A stretch of DNA of 64,000 nucleotides, taken from NCBI GenBank assembly GCA_032718475.1, contig JAUCBJ010006851.1, positions 15,985-79,984 of the forward strand, in the 5' to 3' direction. The stretch is from Nemertoderma westbladi. Lineage: Eukaryota > Animalia > Xenacoelomorpha. Positions 1-13,444 of this stretch are shown here, one piece after another. The translations under genes and the position numbers were made by a program. Numbering within the stretch: the first letter of the stretch is position 1; the number at the start of each line of letters is the position of its first letter. Below the pieces are notes generated by a model. That model saw only the letters and a list, made by a program, of their open reading frames with translations. It was not told the DNA's origin and did no database searches.

Positions 1-1140
1 GCTATTTCCTCCATTAACGTCCGCAAAAGTTCGTCGGTGAGATACGCGCGGCATGGCACTATAAAGTGAAATGCGGTCTTGACACTTCTAATTAATCTCT
101 CCCAACTTCCTCCCCACCAAGGGGCGTCGGCGGTGTTGAAGGTCCAGCTAGACGCTGTTATCCTTACCTGATCGTCCACCTGTCTTTGGTTCCAGTCCTT
201 CACGTAAGCCTGGATTTCGTTGTTGGCACCAATGAAGTTCGTTCCCTTATCCGATCTCATGGTATTACTAGTCCCGAAGCGAGCGATCTGTCGGCATAAA
301 CTTAAGACGAAGCTGTTGGTAGATAGATCGTTCACCATATCGAGATGGATGGCTCTACAAGTCATGCATACAAAGATGACACACCATCTCTTGACTATAG
401 TCCTAGCACGATATACTTCAATAGGGCCAAATAAATCTACACCAGTATTAGTAAAAGGTGGTTCATAGAAGCTTACTCGTTCCCTAGGTAATTCTGCCTC
501 TCGCTGTGTTAAAGGCCTACTGAATGCTTTCCTACAGGGTATGCAGTTCCTAAGAACTTGGTTCAGAGCTCTACGGGGTTTATAAAAATAATAGCGAGTT
601 CGGATTTCGCTAAGAACTCGTTCTCTACCAGCATGATAAAGTTTACTGTGAACATCTACAATCATCTTGATTTGTACTTCAAGATTTCTAATGAGTATGG
701 GGAATTTAGTGTCAAAGGATAATGGCGCATTGGTGAGTCTTCCTCCAACACGTATTAACCCATCTATCATTGTGCTAGAGAAGCGATCCCTTAAGCTCAT
801 CTGCGGATTTCTCAACAACAGGAAATACTTATCGGAATCCTCATAGCATTGCAGGAGTCTCAGTATCTGCTTATTGGTTTCTTCATGCTCCTGATAACTG
901 ATTTTTTCCTTTAGGAACCGGTCGGATGTCTTATATTTGGGTAAATTTTTAATAACATGAACTTGCGCAGATGTCAATGGAACGATATCACTAATGGTCT
1001 TCGTCCTGGAGTAGTGATGATGAAAACATCGCCTTAAATATGTGACGGCTTTACAGAGCCGATTCCAGGAACTGTAGTGATGCATTGCTCTCTGCAGCAG
1101 GGGTGAGATTCCTTGCGAGACGTCTGGTATTCCAGATTTC
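1..1140 (-). pseudogene. BEL-A integrase (frameshifted/stopped, runs off window)
   Basis: Manual translation gives TCRAIHLDMV, RSDKGTNFIGA and PWWGGSWERLIRSVK; not in the ORF track. Confidence 0.85.
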
Positions 1141-1144
1141 CAAT

Positions 1145-2557
1145 CTATCTATTCCTATCTCTAATTTCCACAACAGACTTATTTGTGGCGAGGGATTGTG
1201 GATCCGAAGCATCATTTCCGGAAGTATGTAATACAGATAGATCGATCGCAGGTTTAAATAACTTCGATTTACTCGCCCGGGTTTTAGGTTTGACTTTCTC
1301 CGCTCCCTTGGCTTGTCTAATCTCCGCCGTAGTAAGGTGAGGAGGCCATTCATCCTCTTCCTTGCTCAGGAAGTCGGGTCCACCCAACCAGTCTGGAGTA
1401 TCTATCAGTTCCTGTGGAGTCGCTCCCCTGGAGGCGATATCGGCTGGATTAATCGTACCAGGGCAATGTCTCCATTGATCTATCTTTGTGCGACTAAGAA
1501 TAATAGCTACCCTGTTAGTAACAAAAACGCTGAACTGACAGACTTCATTGGTTATATACTCCAACACGAGTAAAGCGTCGGTCCAATAAACAGTTTTCTC
1601 CAGTGGATAGTCGATTTGTTCTGTCATGTTCCGGCCGATGGCTGTAGCGTATAAAGCCGCTTTTAACTCCGCTCGAGGAACCTTTAACTTGTTGTTAATC
1701 AATGCCTTAGAGGTAACCAAGGCGACTTTGATTCCATCCGGAGTTTCGACTGGCAGATATGCTACTATACCTATTCCCATGTCGCTGGCGTCTCCAAACA
1801 CGTGGAGTTGATAGGAATACGTAGGGAGAACATGACCAAAATATGCACGGGAAATTACAAAGCTCTCGATGGCAGGTAGAGAATCTTCCCATTTCATCCA
1901 CTTCTTTAACAGTTCTCCCTTAAGTGGATCGTCCCATGAGTGGTTTTCAAGCCACATTTGTTGTACTAAACTCCGAGCAATCAATATAACTGGGCTAATA
2001 AATCCCAATGGGTCGAAATAAGTGCTCAGGATACTTAAACAAATCCGTTTGGTCCGAACTGGATTATCTCGCTGTTTTAGCTGAAAAAACAGGATATCTC
2101 TTTCTGTGTCCCACTTCAAGCCAAGCGTCTTGGTTTCTGGAAGATCGTCCTTTATTAAGTCTAGGTCTTTCGTTCCTCGGTCTTCTACCGGTATCGCTTC
2201 CAGAAACTTACGGGAGTTGCTAGTGAATTTCGTCAGTCGAAATCCACCTCTTTTCAAACACTCTACCGTTCCTTTCGCGACATCAATGGCTTCTTCTACT
2301 GATGGAAGGGACTTTAAATTGTCGTCCATGTATATATCGCGCTTGATGTTGTCTATCACCTCTTTGGAGAAGGCGTCTCGGTTGTCATTCGCAGTGGTCC
2401 GCACCACGGAGCAGGCGTTGGAAGGGCTTGATATGATCCCGAAGGCCTGGATGGTCATCCAGTACTCTACCGGTTTCTGGTTGAGATCTCCTTCAGGCCA
2501 CCACAGAAATCTTAGGATGTCTCTATCTCTATCCTGCGCTTTAACTTGTAAGAACAT
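1145..2557 (-). pseudogene. BEL-A RT-RNase H (Peptidase_A17-type region)
   Basis: YMDD, LGLKWD, FDPLG, LHVFGDAS, PRAEL, YWTD and NPADIASRG motifs typical of BEL/Pao pol. Confidence 0.92.
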
Positions 2558-5500
2558 TCATTCTATATCGGAGGCGAACGCGATGGAATATTGTCTTAAT
2601 CTTAAAAGTATTCCCAACAAAGATTGGAGTAAGTTGGGTCCTGGTAACAACTCGGAATTGAGGGATTGGCCCATATATAGAGCGGAGCCATCGAATACGA
2701 CTCGTACTTCATGGGGTTTACCGGGTTTGGGAACGTAATGATGTGTTAAGTAATACGTTCTCTCAGTTACTGGTGTTCCTTCCGGTACTCGCTCCGCGTA
2801 TCCCTTTGTAATGCATTTCTTCAACTGAGTTTGGTACATCTCTTTAGCTGAAGCATTAGCCGTAAGGCGTCGATGTAATTGAGTGATTCTTTTCTCTGCC
2901 AAGGGTCTGTTATTTATAAATCTAGGTTCTCGTTTTCGAAATGGTAGGCCGATTTCATATCTACCTTGATCTTTTAAAAAACGTGTAGTTGTTTCCTGGA
3001 TTTGCTTGGCTCTTTCTTCTTCTATCGATAGGGCCTTATCGTATGAATTGGGCTCTACCAATTCTTGAGTAAAGAATTGTACGGCGAGTTCGTCCCGAGT
3101 TCTAGCGTTGTAGCGCTCTATTTCATCATTTAGTTCGTCATTGTAATCAATGGGTCCCGATGGGCGAATCAGTTGACATAGGTTCACCTGGTTTTTCCAA
3201 GTTTTGTTTTCTGTAAGTAGGTCGATCGTGTTCTCTTCATCGAAGAGTTGGTAGATGTCGTCATTATCTGAGGAGTATGGTGTTCCCTCAGTTAGTTCGT
3301 CCACCTCACTGCTCTCCACTTCCCAATCATTTACTTGGTATATTCGTTCTTGTGGTAATCTCTCTTGGAGAGTTCTGCGGGAAGGGCCAGTAAAGTACCA
3401 ACCTACTCTAGTTCTTACCGCATAGGTTTGTAGTGGCTGCGGTTGAGCAGGCCGTTTCTCCAATGTCTCGAGCGCCTCATGCGCGTTTTGGCCGATGAGT
3501 ATTTGCACTCCAGGATAATCTGTCTGGAATCGAGGTATTTTAAGCTGTTGGATGCTCTCGTCCTCGTCCCAGTTATAAGGTTCTACTTGGGTAGTAGCGA
3601 AGTTCTTTATAGCTACCATTTTTACCGACCTTATACCTTGTGCTCCTAATTTATCCTGGGGGGTGGACAACGCACCTACATAGTAATCTGCCGTTAGGGT
3701 AGATTTCCAAACCTGCATAATTCCGGACATATTCAACTTAGTTTGGAATTTGGGTGGTCCAGCAAAGATATCTTCGGCTAGTTCTTGATCGATGAATGTT
3801 CCTGTGCTGCCGGAGTCAAGGAGGGCGTTCACTATGTAACTTTTGTTAGGACCGTGAACTCTTACCTGCACTACAGGAAATTCTCTGATTCCTACGTTGG
3901 AAGTTGGATCTTTCCAAGATGGTTGTTTGTCAAAAGTAGTTGGGGGGAACTCATTGTCTGTGTCCTCTTCGTAAGTAAGTGCTCGATATACTGCGGTATT
4001 TATTAGGTAACAGGATTCGTTGGCGTCGGAGAATTCGTCAGTATAGAATCCTTCCATCTCAGACTCTTGATCAGTGTCATTTACATCACTGAATTGGACA
4101 TGTAGTTCGGGCTCACTTACCTGACTCGGGTTGTTTCGTTCGAATTCACTGTGTAACAAGATGTGATGTTTCGCACCGCACTTTGCACACTTTACGTCGG
4201 AGTAACAGGTTCGCCGTTGGTGTCCTGGTCTGAGGCAATTATAGCATAACCGCTTATCCCACATGACTTCACGTCTGTCTACTAGGGATTTCTTTAGGAA
4301 TTCAGCACACGCACTCAAACGGTGGGGCCCGTCGCACAGCGCACAGTTTGGTTTGATGTTACTCACTTTACCTTGGGTAACTTGATGCACTCTCGTTCTT
4401 TCTTCGGGCTTTCTTCCGTGCATTCTGTTAGGAGACTGAGGAGGAGTCTTGGCAACCTGTTCTCTCCTATCATTGGTTCGAGCCTTGTATTTACTTACGT
4501 CTTTTGAGGTTTTGTTAACGTAGTAAAATCTGTCAATGTCTTTTCCGCTGTCCTCTTCTTGAGAAGCTTGGCTTTTGCCGTCGTCAGTGTAACACACTGG
4601 TGTTACTCTTCTCCTAGAAACGGGTTTCTCACTTACCTTATTTTCCGATGTTTTCTCTCTGGACTGCTTGATGAGTTGTAGTTTTACTTCACCATCTAAG
4701 AAGGACATGAGATCAGCCATGGTAGGGCCTCGTCGTTGCTGCTCATTCATATACAACACTTTCTTATCCCAGCGTGTACATACTCCACCCTTTGGTAAAG
4801 TAGAGACTACTGCTCCAATAACCATGGAACTCTGATATTCATGAGACTTACCTAACCAGTCCAATTGTCTACAGATCTCCTGAATCTCATCGGAAAACTC
4901 TATAATCCCGCTACTAAGGAACTTTCGGGGGGCTACTAATTTTGCATACAAATACTTAGCTATGTTATCCTTGTTACCATACCTGATGTTTAATGTATCC
5001 CAAACTTGTCTTAATCCATCTGGATGTCCAATAAACTTTAACGCCATTAACTTGGGAGGTCCTTCCAAGCACTTGATGAGGAATCTAAGTTTCTCTCCGT
5101 TAGATAGTACAGAGTTCTGTATGCTATCTTTGTAATATTCATTAAAAGGTAACCATTTCATCTCATCTCCATTGAATTTGACGATTTCTCCCACTTTGAC
5201 CGCTTGGCGGGCTTCTGTTCTAGCCATCTGACGCGTAAAGCTTTCTTGGGCCATCGTGTTATTTAATATCGAATTATCGGTATATAAATTTCTCGGATTA
5301 TTATCAGGTCTATAGGGAATATCATTAACAACAGGTTTATAATCACCCTTAATAGGGTTTGCTATAGGAGTTTCTACTTCACTAGCAGTATAGATGCGTG
5401 TAGGCTCCACACCTTGCGCATGTAATACTTCAGACCTAACAGGTTGACACAATGTTACAGGGGGTATTGGTATACCCTTTTGTATATTGACTAATTTGTC

Positions 5501-5740
5501 GCGTTCCAGCGCGATACTTTGCTGCACTTCTTGCAATTCTACCCTACTTTCCCTTACTGTTCCCTTGAGTTGGTGGACAGTCCCTTCTAAATCTCGGATC
5601 TGCTGTGAGGAACATTCTCGGTGCTCTCTCAGCTGCCCGAGCAAGAGACCCATCTCCCGCCGTCCCTCATCAACCCACTCGACCGCCGAAGCGGGAGTCG
5701 CCAACATTGTAGCGGGCCGACGCGGGACGACGGGAAACAA
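2558..5740 (-). pseudogene. BEL-A gag-protease-RT start
   Basis: KFNGDEMKWLPF gag motif; CALCDGPH/CYNCLRPGH/CAKCGAKHH knuckles; ALLDSGS protease; YEIGLPF and VRVVFDGS; ends at an in-frame TGA (DIE*MFLQV, 2558-2560). Confidence 0.9.
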
Positions 5741-7442
5741 ATCTTTGATTTCTCTGGGTCTCTAGCACAGGAGTGGCTTTGGGAACGACAGGCCTAATTA
5801 TTTCAGGCCCATCAACTATCGTAGGGAGTCTTTTGACCTTAATAATTTGGTCTGTGGGTTCTGTACTACCTAAGTCTGTGCTAGCTAGTTGTCTTCTAAC
5901 CGCTGGGGGCAAATCAGGCAATTTGTGACGGTGAGATGTTTTTCTACGCCTGCTTAGACGAGATCTATTTCCTCCGCCTTCAGGATCGGTGGTCTCGCCT
6001 TCCTCCGATGATGTGTATCCTTGGCGCTTGGGAGTAGATCGACTCCTCATCTGCATTTGACTAGCAGTTAACTGTTTATTTATGCAGTCTTGCGTCTCTT
6101 GCAGATATTCCAACTCCAGTTGGGTAGTCTCCTCAGACGCTCTCCGTTCTGCTTCTGCCACTGCCTTTGCTGCCTTTCTTTCCGCTTCTGCTTCTGCCAT
6201 TGCCGCAGCTACTGCCTTTCTTTTCGCTTCTGCTTTTGCCATTGCCGTGGAAACTGCTGCTGCCTTTCGGTCCTCTATCCGTTTTTTCTTTACTTGTTCT
6301 TCTTGGACTCTAGCGAGGCGGAGTTTTTCATCAAATTTAGCTTGGTTTGCAGCTAACATTTCCGCATCGATTGAGTCCAATACAAGCTTGGCTCCTTCAC
6401 TATTGGGGCGAAGTCCAGCCAGTCGTCTCCTCAACTCTTCATCACCTAGGAAACGTTGATAGTCTGACAGATAGATGTCTATGGCGTCTCTCGTTCGCAG
6501 TCTCTCTGCGGTCACTTCGCTTTCCACTTGAGAGAAGGTGGCATCGGTTGATTCTTCATAGGTTGGTCGCTCAGCCAGCTGGTATTTCCACTGGGCCGTT
6601 TCTTGAACTTTGAGACCTATCCGCTGGAACCAAGTCTTGACAGCAACTTGCAGCGACATGTCCTGTCTTCTTTTGGAAGTTTCCTCAAAGGCTGATAGGA
6701 TTAATCTAATGCGTAGGGTTCTTTCGCGTACTTGATAAAGCAGCTCTTCCTGCTCTTGAGGTCCTTGGGGTTGTCGAAACAGTTGTTCTTCTAATCGCTC
6801 TAAGGAGCTGAAGAATCCCTGCACATATCCTGCTGCCGACCTCTTCCAAACAGCTGGATCCATCGTATCTTTAGTCACTCCCATCCTGTGTATGTCTTCC
6901 CAGGTAGCTTCAGATAAGTCTAACGGGGATCCGGGTCCGGGAAAGTTCCATTGTGACTCGACAATAGACATCAATTCTTCCCTGGCGTATCCCGCATAAC
7001 TATCTTGGGTCGCTCGCTTACTTCTCGCCCAATCGACTTGGTGTTCCTCCACCGCAATCAATATCGTTATCAGTACTGCGGCAGGAAGGGTGAGAAGGGG
7101 ATCCGAATAGGCTGTAGCCGCCATCTTCACTCCGCGTTCGGGGGTCAGCTCTACAGTATCCGAACTACTGGAGCTATCGGGTCGCTGGGAACGAGTTTCT
7201 TGACTAGGATGTTGCTGCTGTTGGACAGCTGCTTCTTGGTTCCGTTTGACCTGGGCCCGAGTGCCGATGATAGACCTACGGTGTTGGATTAGCCTAGGGT
7301 CTGATACTACTACTGGAGGGATGACTTTTCTTTCAGTAGGAGGTGAGCTGAACCCCTTTCTTAATCGCTCCACCCTCCTATCTGTGTCACAGATGGTTGT
7401 ATCGATTAGGCTGTCTGACAGGTTTTGCCTAGTGTCAGACAT
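5670..7442 (-). pseudogene. BEL-A gag N-terminal part (coiled-coil, low complexity)
   Basis: 590-aa ORF; N-terminus homologous to the ORF at 53173-53688; overlaps the next ORF in the +1 frame, most likely a frameshift mutation. Confidence 0.8.
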
Positions 7443-8792
7443 GCTTAGCTATACAGTTGAATGCTTACTGCTATAGTTACAGTTAAAGCAAGTCCAGTAA
7501 TTCAGTATGACCGTTGGCCTAGTACCGGTAATTTATTACAGTATATTAGAATACCGGTATACACTTATAGTATATATAAGTATTGTAGACTAGGTTTGTC
7601 GCAGAATACCGGTATATAATTTTAGCACAAATATATATAAATATATAATAGGCCTATCGTGAATACCGGTATGCAGCTTACACTTATAGTATATATAAGT
7701 ATAATTATGGACTAGAATTAATTACAGAATACCGGTATAATTTCAGCCTAAATTTATAGAAACAAAGATAATAGGTCTATCGTAAATACCGGTATATCAA
7801 TTATTTAAATAACTGAATTTCTGAAATTTAAAGGTTACTTAGTTACTTTAACTTACTTTATTACCATTATTTAAGCAGTAGTCCAACTGATATTGAGACC
7901 TAATTGTTGTATGGCAGGCCTACTCGCTTATAAACCTTTGAGTTGATTTATAATAGATATATATATGTATATACCCGTATGAGGGGTTTTGTTACAATAT
8001 TGAAATAGATGTTACTATTTCTGGGGGGAGTCACTACACAGAAGCTGTGCGCTCTCAGTGAAGTGCTACTTATTGGACACTAAAACAGATAATTCTACTT
8101 CCTAAGTTACTTATCTACGAATTACTTACGATACGGGTGAGATTAATTCTCTAACTAAACACAACAAAATATTACGTACGAAATTTTAGGGTAATTTTAC
8201 AGGAAGTCTACAAACCAGCCTAACAAAGGGTTAGAATTCTGGTTATTACAACGGACAGGGTATTACGGTATTTGAAAATAATAAGTAGTAGTAAATATGT
8301 TGCGCTGTCCAGATAGTTAAAATACCACCGTCTGACGACCTATAGCCGTATCGCTATAGGTACTAAATTATGTATCACGGAGTGTTCCTACCTGGAAGTT
8401 AATTACCGCGGACTACCAGATCCAACGTGCCTATTAACCACTTTACAACACAATACACTGCCTACACACTAATTACTTTCGGAAAGCACTGTACACCAAA
8501 CCCTAAATTAGGTACAAGTACTTATTAAAACAGATAACTAGCAGTTAAATATACTTGAACAGTTAAAAGAACCACGGCATCTGCTGGAGTGACCGGAGCA
8601 CAAAGTCACCAGTGTTTACCTACGCCAAGCAGCCCGTGTAGTACCGGGGTTAATTTAACTATAACGGTATGTGTAACAAGCACAATTACTGTAGGAATAA
8701 ACTTGGGGACATGAATGTTGCGAATAATAGCATAAACTCTGAATAATAAATATTACGCTACCCGTACAGACTACTCAAACAAAATACAAACC

Positions 8793-9310
8793 AAACGCTG
8801 GCAGACTACCATCAAGCCTAAATAAACTACAGTATGTGCAGATTCCGAAATGGTTAGTTAGTATGCGTTCTAACACGGTAGTACGACTTATTCTTTAAGA
8901 GGGGATTGACCTTACAACTCAAGATGCCCCAACTTACTAACTGGCACTTTATCAGACAAACTCTACACACGCAGCAATCTCTTCAGACCTAATAATAGCT
9001 AGACAACAATCCAGCCTACAAAATATCTGAGTAATAACTATTACGGTACCTGAACAGACCACACAAACAAACACAGGCTAAAACGCTGGCAGACTACTAT
9101 CAAGCCTAAATAAACTACAGTATATGCAGATTCCGAAATGGTTAGTTAGTATGCGTTCTAATACAGTAGTACGACTTATTTTTTAAGAGGGGATTGACCT
9201 TACAACTCAAGATGCCCCAACTTACTAACTGGCACTTTATCGGACAGACTCTACACACGCCGCAATCTCTCAAGACCCAACAACAGCCCGACAACAGTCC
9301 AGCCTACAAT
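8793..9310. repeat. ~230-bp direct duplication in BEL-A leader
   Basis: aaacgctggcagactac...ccagcctacaa occurs at about 8793-9021 and 9081-9309; single copy in BEL-D. Confidence 0.85.
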
Positions 9311-9493
9311 TATCTGAACAATCTGCGCAGACTTACACGTCTTCTGCTCAATATTAACTTACATGTAAATAAAACCGACAGAAATAAGTAAAATCTCAAT
9401 AAAAAACCAGGGCGGCCTTTCCCTGATTAAGTACTAAGACCTACCGGTATACAATAATCAAAATCGAATAATACTAATGTACTTATACTGGAA

Positions 9494-9620
9494 GTACCGG
9501 TTAGGACAGTTGGGCCTACAGACCTACAGCAGTACCGATTCAGGCAGTTAGGCCTACGGACCTACAGCAGTACCGGTTCAAGCAGTTGGGCCTACAGACC
9601 TACAGCAGTACCGGTTCAGG
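9494..9620. repeat. ~39-bp tandem repeat (x3)
   Basis: Unit cagttrggcctacrgacctacagcagtaccgrttcarg is visible three times. Confidence 0.8.
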
Positions 9621-10449
9621 TTTACCGGTCGACCGGTACTTTCAACTTTATTGCTTACTGCAATAAAGAAAATAACTGTTATTGTACGCGCTTTTGAAGA
9701 CCTTTAGCAGTTTAACCTGCCAAAATTTATATGTCTTTTGGTTTATAAATAGACTTTAGCATATGACAAGTATTTAATACCAATAAACACATATTAGCCG
9801 AAGCCAGCCTAGTGCGCGTCCATTCACCCGCTGGATATACCCGGGAGACTGGATTCGGATGGGCTTAGATTTTTATTGCAGTGTAAGCTTACGGTATTAT
9901 TCGATTGATCGTTAATAAATAATCTCAGACGAATATTATTCACTTTCGGGAAATATTAACAGTTCCTTTAGGACGTGGCGCTCTATCTAGGTAAACAGAG
10001 ATATGACTTATACTAAACACAACGGTAAGACGGTAAGGCTTATGATTCACGTATGAGGCGCATTCTTTAGGAAATGCTTAGTTATCAGCCACAATCATGC
10101 ACACTACCGGTACCGCACAATACTGCACACCAATCTGCCGACCGTCAATGAATTTTATCATACATAAAGAGAACAGCAATTGCCTCATGTAGTGCCTATC
10201 TAATAGCATTAAATTCACTACAAACCACGATAATATAAGTCGCAATCGCTATATGTAACCTGTCTCTCTAACCTGTAGTGTATCAAGAAAATTGGGAAAT
10301 TTGGGTTATTTATCGATGTTCTCCAAGTAATAATATTCAACCAACTGATACAAATATTGACAGCAGTAAATAGCAGTATAATAATGTATGTTGCACTGAA
10401 CTGTATGCTGTAAGACTGAACTGATTGGGTTGATAACAGTTATACGTTC

Positions 10450-10851
10450 TATAATCTAAGCCTACTAATGTTTCTTCTAAAGTCTGAAATCAATTGACTC
10501 CAGAGCCGGTGTTCTTGGCCTAGATAGAAACAACACAACTCAAAACTAAAAAACAGTAAGACAGAACACTCCTAGCACGATCTGTAGAATATCTCCACGT
10601 CGACAGTAAAAATCGCCCTGATTGGCTGTTAAGCTGAACAAAGAACCATGTGTCCAACGGCCGTTTCCATGCCAGCAACCAGCTGTTAGATGTCGTAATC
10701 TGAATCATCAAGGCTACACTGTGCTAGAGGATTTGACGCATTGCGGGTTTTGTGCCTTGCCATGTCCGCCAAAGCACACATATAGAAGAATGACTTTTAT
10801 GTCCGTTAAAACACCTACAACGGTACTTGGCGGGCAAGGGGACTGATTATA
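10450..10851 (-). repeat. Putative 5' LTR of BEL-A
   Basis: Perfect 7-bp terminal inverted repeat TATAATC (10450-10456) / GATTATA (10845-10851); the same TATAATC junction occurs in BEL-D at about 56296; the partner LTR is outside the window, so the boundaries are unverified. Confidence 0.5.
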
Positions 10852-11580
10852 TCCGCAAAAGCTTTTACATCTCTTTTAATTTTCGAGTTATCGCTGTCTG
10901 TCCGTCTGTCTCGTTTTGGTCTGTCTGTTAGAAGACTGACATTAGCAATAAATTTACCGACCACGAAAACCCCCACAGAGAAATTTTTATCTATATTGTG
11001 CGAATTATTCTATTTTGACGGACAGACCGACCGACTGACAAACTGGCTCACAGACAGACATCAGATAGTCAGTTAGAAGACTAGATTTTCCAAAAAATTG
11101 AAAACTGACATCAGAAATATCAGTATCATCAGTATTATTTTGGTCTGGTATCCTTCCGCATAGGCAGACTTACTTTATCATATATTCTTTCATATTCACG
11201 CATAAATAATTGGAGGGAAGGTTTAAAATTTAAAGGCCATTATCGGAATTACATTTTTTCACACAAAAAACACTATCCTCCGCAATTTCATAACCTTTTT
11301 TTGTGATTTTTGATTTTTATGAAAGGAAATTTAATAAGCTTTAATAATTCTTCGGCCACTTTTTTTGATTTCAGAATATTTCCGCATTTTTTTAAAAAGA
11401 AAAACCATAAAAAACCGTAAATTTTTTTCAATTTTTAAAAAATTTGAATTTTTTTTTACAAAATTACCAATTATCAGATATAGAAAATAAAAATAAAAAA
11501 AGTGTCCGAAGAATATGATGAAATTTAACATGCTGGTTCTCAAAAATGTGGTATCGTGGTAATGTGGAATCTAAAAATGT
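10852..11580. repeat. Unclassified non-coding repeat (GTCT/GACAG microsatellite tracts), target of BEL-A and the foldback element
   Basis: ctgtctgtccgtctgtc and gacggacagaccgaccgactgac tracts typical of non-autonomous DNA/helitron-like repeats; no ORF. Confidence 0.35.
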
Positions 11581-13444
11581 GGTAATGGTGAAAAATATCG
11601 AGACTTGAAAAATATCGAGACTTGAATAATATCGAGAGTAAAAATAACGAGAGTAAAAATATCGAGAGTAAAAATAACGAGTGTTGAAAATTAACGTGAT
11701 TAAAAAATATCGAGAGTAAAAATAACACGAGATGAAAAATATCGAAAATAACGAGTGTTGAAAAATATCGAGTGTTGAAAAATATCGAGTGTAAAAATAT
11801 CGAATGTTGAAAAATATCGAGAGTAAAAATATCGAGTGTTGAAAAATATCGAGAGTAAAAATATCGAGTGTTGAAAAATATCGAGAGTAAAAATATCGAG
11901 TGTTGAAAAATATCGAGTGTTGAAAAATATCGAGAGTAAAAATATCGAGTGTTGAAAAATATCGAGTGTTGAAAAATATCGAGAGTAAAAATATCGAGAG
12001 TAAAAATATCGAGTGTTGAAAAATATCGAGAGTAAAAATATCGAGAGTAAAAATATCGAGTGTTGAAAAATATCGAGTGTTGAAAAATATCGAGTGTTGA
12101 AAAATATCGAGAGTAAAAATATTGCATTTTACTTGAGCATTTTATTTAGAATTATGGAACAATATTGCAGTGCATGGGTTACAACAGTGCAAGTGAATGG
12201 CATTATGTAATACACCTTGGGTACCCATTTACCAGATTTATTATACTAGCTAGGTTTTGCTATTTTTTTAATAAATATTATAAAAGAAGTGCTAGCTATA
12301 AATTTTGATAAATATTATAAATTATTGTTAAATATTATATTTGAACACGTACCTTATAAGCTACCAAATGTTGATAAATATTATTGTTCTAGAACATTTT
12401 TAGTAAAAAAATTATCATACAACCCTTATTTAAAAAAATTGTTACTATCAATATTTTTACTCTCGATATTTTTCAACACTCGATATTTTTACTCTCGATA
12501 TTTTTCAACACTCGATATTTTTCAACACTCGATATTTTTCAACACTCGATATTTTTCAACTCTCGATATTTTTACTCTCGATATTTTTCAACACTCGATA
12601 TTTTTACTCTCGATATTTTTCAACACTCGATATTTTTACTCTCGATATTTTTCAACACTCGATATTTTTCAACACTCGATATTTTTCAACACTCGATATT
12701 TTTCAACTCTCGATATTTTTACTCTCGATATTTTTCAACACTCGATATTTTTACTCTCGATATTTTTCAACACTCGATATTTTTACTCTCGATATTTTTC
12801 AACACTCGATATTTTTACTCTCGATATTTTTCAACACTCGATATTTTTACTCTCGATATTTTTACTCTCGATATTTTTCAACACTCGGTATTTTTCAACA
12901 CTCGATATTTTTCAACACTCGATATTTTTCAACACTCGATATTTTTCAACACTCGATATTTTTCAACTCTCGATATTTTTACTCTCGATATTTTTCAACA
13001 CTCGATATTTTTACTCTCGATATTTTTCAACACTCGATATTTTTACTCTCGATATTTTTCAACACTCGATATTTTTACTCTCGATATTTTTCAACACTCG
13101 ATATTTTTACTCTCGATATTTTTACTCTCGATATTTTTCAACACTCGATATTTTTACTCTCGATATTTTTCAACACTCGATATTTTTACTCTCGATATTT
13201 TTCAACACTCGATATTTTTACTCTCGATATTTTTCAACACTCGATATTTTTACTCTCGATATTTTTACTCTCGATATTTTTCAACACTCGGTATTTTTAC
13301 TCTCGATATTTTTACCCTCGATATTTTTACTCTCGATATTTTTTGAACTCTCGATATTATCGTTATTTTTCAACACTCGATGTTTTTACTCGCGTTATTT
13401 TTACTCTCGATATTTTTCATGTCTCGATATTTTTCAATATAACC
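11581..13444. mobile_element. Foldback-type non-autonomous DNA transposon with minisatellite arms
   Basis: Left arm of 15/17-bp units (aaaaatatcgagagt / gaaaaatatcgagtgtt) at about 11590-12122 and an inverted right arm at about 12450-13440; termini GGT(A/T)AT...AT(A/T)ACC; 8-bp TSD AAAAATGT at 11573-11580 and 13445-13452. Confidence 0.8.

Larger units (their letters stand above)
1..10851 (-). mobile_element. BEL/Pao LTR retrotransposon BEL-A (degenerate; 3' end outside window)
   Basis: Domain order gag (DUF1759-like, Cys/His knuckles)-protease (LLDSGS)-RT (DIYMDD)-RNase H (LHVFGDAS)-integrase (PWWGGSWERLIRSVK), followed by a ~3 kb 5' non-coding region that is homologous to 53689-56361. Confidence 0.93.

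Noticed and set aside
2558-2560. Programmed readthrough at in-frame TGA codons (also 31397-31399)
   Set aside because: They fall inside conserved pol motifs and are single-base changes from GGA/CGA; ordinary decay.
8656-8668. TAACTATAACGGT, the first half of the I-CeuI/23S rRNA site (also at 54810-54822)
   Set aside because: Only 13 bp match, the flanks are not rRNA-like, and both copies are homologous positions of one TE leader.
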